Of a stretch of 64,000 nt of DNA, positions 53,260-64,000 are shown piece after piece. This DNA is from Octopus vulgaris. Lineage: Eukaryota. Position 1 is the first letter of the stretch, and every line of letters begins with the position of its first letter. The position numbers were made by a program, and so were the translations under genes. The notes under the pieces were generated by a model. That model was not told where the DNA came from. It saw nothing but the letters and a program-made list of their open reading frames with translations, and did not search any database. The stretch spans positions 192,076,001 through 192,140,000 of the forward strand of contig OX597814.1 in assembly GCA_951406725.2 (NCBI GenBank), read 5' to 3'.

Positions 53260-53405
53260 TATGCCGGGCTTCTTTCAGTTTCCGTCTACCAAATCCACTC
53301 ACAAGGCTTTGGTCGACCCGAGGCTATAGTGAAAGATGCAGTGGGTGCCACGCAGTGGGACTGAACCCAGAACCATGTGGTTTGTAAGCAAGCTACTCCT
53401 ACGCC
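52998..53405 (-). mobile_element. SINE family A
   Basis: Consensus match. Further copies lie at about 12698, 33030(-), 40760(-), 48031, 55550(-), 59840(-) and 60783(-). Confidence 0.88.
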
Positions 53406-53649
53406 TATTATTATTATTATTATTATTATAGGATTGGGTGAGTGTAGGCTTGTTTATCAGTATTAAGCTATAATCATTTAGATCAGTGGTTCTCAACCAG
53501 GATTCAACCAAGATTTTATGCGCAATAAACTGGTTCTACTTTTACAATACACAAAATATTTTTACAGTTTTCTATACAATTCCTAATAATGTTTAATTAT
53601 AAAACTATGATAATAGGATGTTTTAAACATTGAATGGCTATGAAGGACC

Positions 53650-54680
53650 ATCATCATCATCACCGTTTAACATCTGCTTTCCATGCTAGCATGGGTTGGA
53701 CGATTTGACTGAGGACTGGCAAACCAGATGGCTACACCAGGCTCCAGTCTGATCTGGCAGAGTTACTACAGCTGGATGCCATTCCTGACGCCAACCACTT
53801 CAAGAGTGTAGTGGTTGCTTTTACGTACCACTGGCACACGGGCCAGTCAGGCGGTACTGGCAAATGGTGTTTTTATGTGCCACCTGCACAGGAGCCAGTC
53901 CAGTGGCACTGGCAATGATCTCGCTTAAATGTTTTTTCATGTGCCACCGGCATTTTTACATGCCACCGTCACGGAAGCCAGTCAGCTGCTCTGGCAACAA
54001 TCACTCTCAGATGGTGCTCTTAGCACTCCACTGGCATGGGTGCCAGTCATTGAATTTGATTCGATTTCGATTTCACTTGCCTCAACAGGTCTTTGCAAGC
54101 AGAGTTTAATGTCCAATGAAGGAAAGGTTCGCATAAGTGGGCTGGTTACACCCCAGGCATAGGACACGAGTTATGGTCTCACTTGGCTTGCCGGGTCTTC
54201 TCATGCACTGCATATTTCCAAAGGTCTCGGTCATTAGTCATTGTGTCAGTAAGGCCCAATATTCGAAGGTCGTGCTTCACCACCTCATCCCAGGTTTTCC
54301 TGGATCTACCTCTTCCACAGATTCCCTCAACTGCTAGGGTGTGGCACTTTTTCACACAGCTATCCTCATCCATTCTCGCCACATGACCATACCAGCACAG
54401 TTGTCTCTCTTGCACACCACATCTGATGCTTCTTAGGTCCAGCTTTTCTCTCAAGGTACTTACACTCTGTTGAGTATGCACACTGACATTACACATCTAT
54501 TGGAGCCTACTGGCTTCATTCCTTGCAAGCTTACACATGTCCTCAGCAGTCATGGCCCATGTTTCACTGCCATGTAGCATGGCTGTTCGTACACATGCAT
54601 CATACAGTCAACCTTTTACTCTGAGTGAGAGGCCCTTTGCCACCAGCAGAGGTAGAAGCTCTCTGAACTTTACCTTATTC
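53650..54680 (-). mobile_element. RTE-like LINE 3' fragment (ORF2 C-terminus plus 3' UTR, family D)
   Basis: ORF 54179-54496 reads LCWYGHVARMDEDSCVKKC..VEG..GRGRSRKTW, followed by the shared tail and (GAT)n. Confidence 0.88.
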
Positions 54681-55100
54681 TAGCACCTACACTTTCAGCA
54701 CACCTACATATCAAAGAAAACAGTTGAGAACTGCTGGTTTAGAGTTAAACTACCAGTAAAGGCTCATTTAAAAAGTGTAAAGCTGTGTTAGTATTGAATT
54801 TCATGCAAAGGCAAGACTGTATACCAATCACATTACCATCATCTTATCCCTATGCTTCAGTCAAGAATCGTATGAGAAAGTTGTAAGTGCTACCCCTTTT
54901 CTCTCCACCCACTGACTAACTAGTCAAGAAAAGTTTTATGCGAGTGATTATAGGGTTGCATGGATATCTGATTTAAGGTTTGCAAATAAACCAGTGAAAT
55001 ATTTAGTGAGTAATAAAGATACCGCAGACTTGTTTCATTTAAGGAATTAGCTATTTACTATTTAAAGCGTGTACTTTTTTTTTTAATATTCTATGTGGTG

Positions 55101-55140
<40 letters not shown>

Positions 55141-56732
55141 GAGGATAGAGTTTTCTGAGACATTTAATTAGAATGCTTAATATATTTTTATTACATTTTA
55201 GGCCGGTGGGTGGTGGTTCAGACTTTGATTTTTAGCCTTGATAAAATAAGTACCAGTCAAATACTAGGGTTGATATATTTGCTCATTTTTCCTTTTCAAT
55301 TTGTGGCTCTATGCCAATGTTTGGAAATCATTTATTGTTATTATTTGGAAGAGGAGCTGGCAGAAAAGTGAGCGCTTTGGACAAAATGCTTAGTGCCATT
55401 TCTTCTGGCTTTTTGTATTCTGGGTTCAAATGCCTTTCAAGGTTGACTTTGCCTTTCATCATTTCAGGATTGATAAAACGAGTACCAGTTAAGCACTGGG
55501 GTTGATGTAATCAATTAGTTCCTCCCTCAAAATTTTAGTTCCTGTATCTCTCTTTTTTACTCTTTTTACTTGTTTCAGTCATTTGACTTTGTCCATGCTG
55601 GAGCACCGCCTTTAGTCGAGCAAATCAACCTCAGGACTTATTCTTTGTAAGCCTAGTACTTATTCTATCGGTCTCTTTTGCCGAACCGCTAAGTTACGGG
55701 TACGTAAATACACCAGCGTTGTTGGGGGAACAAGCACAGACACACAAACACACACACACACATATATACATATACACGACGGGCTTCTTTCAGTTTCCAT
55801 CTACCAAATCCACTCACAAGGCTTTGGTCAGCCCAAGGCTATAGTAGAAGACACTTGCCCAAGGTGACACGCAGTGGGACTGAACCCGGAACCATGTGGT
55901 TGGTAAGCAAGCTACTTACCTATCTATAGCAGAAAAAAATTATCATTATTATTAGGAAGGTAGTGAGCTGGCAGAATCTTCACCATGTCTGACACAATGT
56001 TTAAACAGACCAGATCCAGCCTCTCATATCTGCCCTACAGTGACATTCTAAAAATAAGCAACACCACCACTGAAATCTCGAAATCATGAGATGGGGCATA
56101 ATTAATTCAAAACAATGTGAATATATAAGCAATACATTTGACACAGTGATGTAAATGCTGAAGGGTTAATAGACAGAGTAAAGCAAAACCGAGCAGGAAA
56201 TGGTAGATTTGCCAGAGGTCTGCTTCACACTTGTTTCCAGGGTCAATAATTGGCTCCTATTCTGGCAAGTGACCTGCAGGCACTCGATTTGTTTTCAGAA
56301 CCTTGTTGCTGCTTGTAACAGCATTCTGTCTGATAGTATTTGACTGGCAGCTGGTTTACATGTTCTCTTCTATCTTAACATTGTATAGTTCAGTAGAAAT
56401 GAAATTACCATATATTATACAAGCATTGTGCTGTAAAGAGTTAATAGACAACTTGTATGTATCATTAGAGCTGAACAGAGTTCAGAATTATGCATATAAA
56501 AAACAAAAGAATGTAACATAAAAAAACAACAACAACAAAAAATACATTGCGTGTGGGTGAACATTTTTTTTGCGTTGAGTGTGAACATTTTTTTGCATTG
56601 GTGGTCAAGTGGAGAATAAAAATAAACTGCATGAGAAATTTAAAATGATTTACACATGTCCTTGCTGAAAGATTTTAATGTTGGTGATGTTAGTAATTTT
56701 ATGTGTGAATGTGAAATTGAGATAGATCAGAG

Positions 56733-56800
56733 AAGCTGAGGTTTGAACCTGAGATCTCTCGTATGTCAGGTTACCACATTGCTGATTACACTACAGAACA
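56733..56800 (-). pseudogene. Degenerate tRNA-Val-like sequence
   Basis: GTTCTGTAGTGTAATC...CCTGACATACGAGAGATCTCAGGTTCAAACC resembles eukaryotic tRNA-Val, but the stems are broken. Confidence 0.35.
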
Positions 56801-58404
56801 CCTGTAGCTATGGGGGGGGGCATCTATGCAAACTTGTTTGTTCGTTATGTTGAAGCCTCGAACTTCTCACAGTTCATTGGCCCCACCCCAGAGCTAAGTT
56901 GGTCTGTTGATGACTATCAGCACCACCACCCTCACCACTAAACAACTCAATACCTTCATCTCCCTTCCTTTATTTCCAGTGGACAGGACTTACATGTAAA
57001 ATGTGTTCACCTAATACAGTAACTTTTATCTTGTTTGCCTTTGTTTTATATCACACATACACACACACACATACATACATGCATACGTACACATATACAC
57101 ACATCTTTGTTTAATCTGTTATGTAGTCCTCCAGTAAGTGATAAGTACATTGTTCGTTATCTGTCCCTTGACCCGTTTCTTTTTCATATCTCAATAGTAT
57201 AATGCTTAGCAAGATTCTCATGTCATGATTTAGAAACTAAGGAAAATATTGCAATGTAGTGAGTGACTACATTAATCAAAAAACAGAGTTTATAACTATC
57301 AAAATAGTTTCTTCACAGTGTAAAAAACATAGTACTGTGAGGAAAAATAAAATATCAAGGAAAATTAACATGATTCATTTATATATTGTAATTAGAAGGT
57401 CTCTGATATAAGCACAAGGCCACACATTTTGCATTGTAGGGGAGGAACAGAAAGATTAATATAATCCAGTATTTTACTGGTTGTTACTTTGATTGTGGAA
57501 GGATAAAAGTGAAGTTCAAACTCAGTGGGATTTGAACGCAGAACCTACAGAAATAGAACTAAATACCTGCTGCAAGGTATTTGGTTGAATTCTCTAGTAA
57601 TTTCTGTGAGATAGGATAGGATATAGATCCTTCTCAAATTATATAGACTCATAGGATTGGTTGCTGTGCATATATATTCCCCGCTGGACAGGACACTGGT
57701 TCATCACAGGATTACTTATTTTTCTCACCTGAGTGAAATGGAGCAATGTGAAATGAAGTGCTTTGCTCAAGAACACAACACATTGCCTGGTCAAGTAATC
57801 GAAACCACAATCTTACGATCATGACGCCAACGTTCCTAATCACTAAGTCATGTGTCTTCAATTTCTATGAGAAGAAATATCAATGTCTTACTTTGGCCAT
57901 ATAATTTGAGGAAGAGTAGGTTTCATTTTGATCTGTTGCAGTTTCTGTAATCAACTTGGTTTTTATGGTGGGGTATGTGATTAGCATTCTGCCCTTCTCC
58001 GAATCCTGGAAAACCAGATCTTTTTATCATGACATGTGCTCATGATTGCAGGCTTCAGAGACTAACAGATGTGGACCTTTGGTGGGGTGAAACCCTACAG
58101 TTTCATAGTGGAGGAGCTTTTGAGGTGGTTCCTGCTCATCTGAAAGACTCACCATAGGGCACAGAGCAGAAGAAAACAGCTGGTTGGAGAGATTTCATTG
58201 TAGCCTTATGTACTTCGAGTTCATTTTATTGATCCAGTGTTTGACTGGTACTTATTTAGTCCACTGAAGGAGGAACTGTAAAATCTACCTCAGTGGGATT
58301 TTGAATTCAGAACTACTAATTTTGTCAGCCTGCCTTTAAAGTAACTCTTTTGTTACCATATTTCTGTTGAAATACATAACATTTGTTTAAATTAGTTTAA
58401 ACAA

Positions 58405-58500
58405 GGAGTCTGTTGGTCTCTTGCTCAACTGTGCCTCACACATAATAATCAAAGGAGTTGCAGTCTGGGGAGTTAAGTGGCCAGATGTTAGGGGTGATGC
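58405..58500 (-). pseudogene. Tc1/mariner-superfamily transposase fragment
   Basis: The minus strand translates as ITPNIWPLNSPDCNSFDYYV*GTVEQETNR (WPPxSPDxNPxDY motif). Confidence 0.7.
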
Positions 58501-59569
58501 CTTAGTTCAAATTCTGCCAAGGTCGATTTTGCCTTTCATCTTTTTGGGGTTAATAAAATAAGTATCAGTTAACTACTGGGGTTGATGTAAACAACTTAAC
58601 CCCTTCTCCCAAATTCCAGGCCTTGTGCCTATAGTAGAAAGGATTATTATTATTGGTATGTATAGTACACGTAGGACTACATGATCTAATGTGTTGTATA
58701 TGCTCTTTTTCATATGAACTCAGAATGTATAGATGGACAAAAAGCCACCAAGCATTTTGCCCAATACTGTAATGATTCTACCAGCTTGTCACCTTAATGA
58801 TAATAATAATAATAATAATAATCCTTTCTGCTATAGGCTCAAGGCCTGAAATTTTGGGGAAGGGGGCTAGTCTATTACATTGACCCCAGTGCATAACCGG
58901 TATTTATTTCATTAACCTTGGAAGGATGAGAGGTGAAGTCAACTTCAGCAGAATCTGAACCCAGAATGTGTAGATGGACGAAATGCCGCTTAGCTTTTTG
59001 CCCAGCACAGTAACAATTCTACCAGCTTGCCACCTTAAAAATAATAATAATAATAAACGGATGGTCATAGCTATAAAAGGTCACCTCACCCGGATTGTAA
59101 AAAAAAAGTGTAAACAAGGCCAATATAAAAAAAAGCATATGAAACAGCCAACACATGTAAAGTTATCAAATGGATATTTATATAAAATCAATTTTTACTT
59201 TATAATAGAGGCATAGAATTATGAACATATTTTGTTGCGTAACACAACTAACATTGTGCTACAGCTAGACTAGTTTCAGTTACACATACAAAAACCTCAG
59301 CTTTAAATCTAGAGTGAGCTGAAACTCACACATACAGTTGTGTTTGAAATTTTTGTAATTCAATCAAAAGAGACATTAACACATTTATAAATGCTCACTG
59401 GCAAGATTTACTTTGGGACAAAGCTTCATGTGTGGTTGTTCAACCAGTGAGCCATGGGGTGGAAAATAAGACTCCAAAACTTTCAAATGAACACATATTT
59501 GCAGACATTTTTTGTATGCCTCTTTCTCTGTAATCTGTACGGGTATTTTTTTAATGTATGTGAATGTGT

Positions 59570-59602
<33 letters not shown>

Positions 59603-59636
59603 TTTATGTATGTATATATATATATATGTATTTATG

Positions 59637-59679
<43 letters not shown>

Positions 59680-59798
59680 TTATGTATGTATGTATGTATA
59701 TGTAAAACTTGTACTAGAGTACATGTACTCTACTAAAAAGTATGGAGTACTTTAGTCTCATTTTAAATTGTTTCCATATATAACTTGACAGAGACAAA

Positions 59799-59841
<43 letters not shown>

Positions 59842-61033
59842 AGTCATTAGACTGTCACGATTCTGGGGCACCCTGCCTTGAAGGGTTTAGGCAAATGAAT
59901 CGACCCCAGTACTTATTTTTTAAGCCTGGTACTTATTCTGTTAGGTCTCTGATGCCAAACTGCTAAGTTACAAATTAACACTAGTTGTCAAGTGGCAGTG
60001 GAGAACATACAGACACACACACACACACACACGATAAACTTCTTTCAGTTTCCATCTACTAAATGCATTTGCAAGGCTTTGGTTGACCCAGGGCTATAGT
60101 AGAAGACTCTTAGCCAAGGTGCCATGCAATGAGATGGAACCTGGAACCATATGGCTGGAAATCTTCTTACCAAATGGCCATGCCTGTACCTACATACTTA
60201 CATATATAATCTTTTCTACTCTAGGCACAAAGCCTAAAATTTTGGTGGGTGAGGGCCAGTCAATTAGACTGGCCCCGGTATGCAACTAGTACTAAATTAT
60301 TGACCCTGAAAGGATGAAAGGCAAAGTTGACCTCGGCAGGATTTGAAATCAGATCATTAAGACAGATGAAATACCACTAAGCATTTCACCTGGCCTTTCA
60401 TCATTTCAGGGTTGATAAAACAAGTACCAGTTAAGCACTGGGGTTGATGTAATCAATTAGTCCCTCCCTCAAAATTCTAGTTCCCGTATCTCTCTTTTTT
60501 TTACTCTTTTTACTTGTTTCAGTCATTTATACATACAAATATAATGCACTTCCTGTGCTGCTATGAATTAAACATGTTGTCACCCTTCAAGTCATATCTG
60601 CTTCCCTAATGTCTGTAGGGTCCTGCTACACCCCCCTACTAACTTTTCTAGGTTAGTATTTTCTCTCTAAATCAGTGCTTTTCAACCATTTTTTTAACCT
60701 ACAAACAAACCCCTTTGGTTCCTATTTTACTCAGATGGTTCCTCCTACCCATTTGATGTTTAAACAATTCTGTTATATTTCATTCTTTTATTCTTTTACT
60801 TGTTTCAGTCATTTGACTGTGACCACACTGGAGCACCACCTTGAAAGGTTTTAATTGAACAAATCAAGCCCAGGACTTATTTTTCAAGCCTAGTACTTAT
60901 TTTATTGAACTCTTTTGACAAACCACTAAGTTATGGAACTGTAAATGCACCAACACCAGTTGTCAAGGAGTGAGGTAGGGTCAAACAAAGGCACAGAAAC
61001 GCATGCACATACATATACATATAATATATGTAT

Positions 61034-61128
<95 letters not shown>

Positions 61129-63234
61129 TACACACACACAACAGGTTTCTTTCAGTTTCCATATACTAAATCCACTCACAAGGCTTTGGTCAGCCTAAGA
61201 GGTGTCACGCAGTGGGATTGAACCCGGAACCATGTGGTTGGGAAGCAAACTTCTTACCATACAGCCACACCTGCACCTATATGGACCCTGGTTGAGTACC
61301 ACTGTTCTAAATCTTTGATTGATTCAGGTATGAGAACTAGTCATTAAGCAAAGAAGAATTTTCAGAGAAATCCCTAAATCATTAAAGAAAATACCTTGTG
61401 GTATTTTATGTTTTAGAACCATTTCATTATTAAGGTCAATGTAACCTTTTTGCCCTCTGGCAGTGATCAAGAATTACCTGTATTGATATATATTGATTTT
61501 ATTTTACTTTAGCTGGTGGTATCCTAGCAAAACCAGTAAAAAGATAAAGAAAGATAGAAGTTTTTGTATTGATGTATGTCGTTTAGCCCTTGGTCAACTG
61601 CAACTATCCTGTCACTTTGTATATTGAGTATTACATTATCTTTTATTTGTTTCAGTCATTAGCGGCCATGCTGGGGCACCGCCATGAAGACTTTTAGTTG
61701 GTCGAATCAATACTACTACTCATCTAGGCTAACTTTCTCCCGAATTAGTTGGGTTATGACTCTCTGTGTGACTTTCATTCAAACATCAAGCACTTTACAG
61801 TGTGGACTGGATGCTTTTTTTTTTCTGTGGCCCCAGCACTAGCAGGGTCTTCAAGTAACTTGCAAGACAAAAATCCTCTCTAAGAGGGGAGGGGTCACTG
61901 GAGGAAGTGATCTTGTGCTGAACCTTAAAAATTTATGTCCCTGATAAAATTTAAGCTATCAATTCAAAACCCAGCACCATCATTTTCCTCCTCCTCCTCC
62001 TTTTGAAGTTCATTGCAGGAAAATATCTTAGTATAAATGTGCAAAACAAATCATGGCTGGTAATCTAATATGCTGAATTTCTGCAGACCACAGATTAAAG
62101 ATTCAACGTCTACAGTTTTACATACGCAGACTGCATTGAATCGTAGTCATCTACTTACTCTGGATTAACGTCTACTCTATTTTTAGCCCGGATTTCCTGT
62201 TGCTTTTTGCACCCAAATTGCCTGGAATAATGGTTGTACACAGCTCTACAAATTGTAATTAGAGTAAATTTGTAGACTAATGAATGATAACCAAGCTGCT
62301 GTCCCTCGCTTTTGTTTTTAACTAATTTCAATATCATTTCACTAAATTGCTTAGTATCTTAGAAAATGTTGTAGTAGTAGTAGTAGTAGTAGTAGTAGCG
62401 GCGGTGGTAATGGCTGCTAGTTGTTTGTTCTCAGGTCAGCTTTGATCAAGAAGACCTATGCAGAAAAGTATTTCAGATTTGATGATCCTATCTTCCTGTT
62501 TTTTTTTTTTTTGTTTTTTTATCTTTCAACCGTACTGTATCTAATATTTCATAATCTAAAGTATAAAGCCAGAGAGCAGGATGTGTAATTTAAGTAAATA
62601 TGTCTTATATTTCATGTAATTTGGACACCCAAATAGTGCAGATATGATAGTGAGTTGTAAAAATACTTGCTAGTTTCAATTCAATATCTCAAAAATAATC
62701 TGATATATTTTATAAAATCTGCTCTGTTTGTAGACTGCAATGTTATATTCTTACCTATTAACTCACTCTGTTATCATTTCAATTCCTCTGACCTTTGTAA
62801 CATGAAACTATTTCACTTAAGCTCTCATAGCTATCTTTCTTTCTTCATTCCTTCATAAGTTCACCCAATACTGAGCAATCAGTGACTTGGGTATATTTTT
62901 CGTGTCTGCTTTATTGTTTTGTCAAGGATTATGTAATTTTGTAAATTCAATGGAAATAGGTGATTTTTATGATCACTCAGCTGTGAAATAGTCGTAGTTT
63001 GTCCTTTTCAGCTCGGGTGGTAGTTGAAGCAAATAGTAGTAACATACATAATTTGTTTAAATAGCACAATGCAATAACAATGACTGGCTTTGGATTGGTA
63101 ACATAGGAATGAGTAATTCTGAAATTTAATCACTCAGCTACTGTTTCGCTTGTCCACCATGATTTTACTGTAAATTGTTAAGTAAATCTGAGGCATGTTT
63201 AGCACTTTTTGAGAAATATTTCCCACTTTTTTAA

Positions 63235-63641
63235 TCTCTTTTACTCTCTTTCCTTTTACTTGTTTCAGTCATTTGACTGTGGCCATGCTGGAGCACCGCC
63301 TTTAGTCGAGCAAATTGACCCCAGGACTTATTCTTTGGAAGCCTAGTACTTATTCTATCGGTCTCTTTTGCTGAACCACTAAGTTACGGGGACCTAAACA
63401 CACCAGCACTGGTTGTCAAGCGATGTTGGAGGATAAAGACACACAAACATATACACGCACATACACATACATATATACGGCGGGCTTCTTTCAGTTTCCG
63501 TCTACCAAATCCACTTCCAAGGCATTGGTCGGCCCGAGGCTATAGTAGAAGACACTTGCCCAAGGTGCCATGCAGTGGGACTGAACCCGGAGCCATGTGG
63601 TTGGTAAGCAAGCTACTTACCATACAGCCACTCCTGTGCCT
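63235..63641 (-). mobile_element. SINE family A
   Basis: Full consensus match. Confidence 0.9.
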
Positions 63642-64000
63642 ATAAAATCATAAAAATTTTATTAAAAACTCTGAATTATAAAAAGCTACATGAATTAAGT
63701 TATGCATTTATAGCTATGCATATGTGATTCTGTGTGTGTTTACATATATATAAATACAAACATTCAGTTACTATGTTAAATAATTAGATATTGCGAAGAG
63801 CACACAATCTATAAAAGCTTTTGTTATATATATTCTCTGGTACCCATAATAGAACAAACAACACTACTATGTAAAAGATGTATTTATGATTGAAGCAGAG
63901 ATAGAATTTTACATGTTGATGTTATTTTTATATGGCAATAAATATTTCTCTTTATTTATCATATCAAGTTATATTGTGTATCAGCATTTAGTGATACACA

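Noticed and set aside
62140-62340. Minus-strand exon ending at a GTAAGT donor (about 62158)
   Set aside because: It rests on a single motif with an unrecognisable peptide, which is insufficient evidence.

Overview
This is repeat-dominated animal genomic DNA. The SINE and LINE repertoire suggests an octopus or other coleoid mollusc, which is an inference. No host protein-coding exon could be recognised, and most listed ORFs are microsatellite or SINE read-throughs. Real coding remnants are all transposons: a Neptune-type Penelope-like element (RT plus GIY-YIG, about 5.5-8.0 kb, minus), a nested cluster at 20.3-27.0 kb (a Chapaev3 DNA transposon holding a DD36E Tc1 that itself holds an RTE LINE, plus a hammerhead-bearing insert and a TTAA MITE), and RTE, Gypsy and mariner relics. 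At least four SINE or LINE-tail families and many microsatellites fill the rest. A CpG-rich, probably bidirectional promoter lies at about 27.1-28.8 kb. The most interesting unexplained signal is a set of type I hammerhead ribozyme motifs. Two look intact (4877-4954 and 13082-13152), with unusually long helix II and a palindromic helix III, and several others are decayed. They sit in fold-back inserts within (TA)n/(TAA)n tracts, and one insert is a head-to-head tRNA-headed element with a 15-bp TSD. This points to a Penelope-mobilised, ribozyme-carrying family of non-autonomous retroelements.
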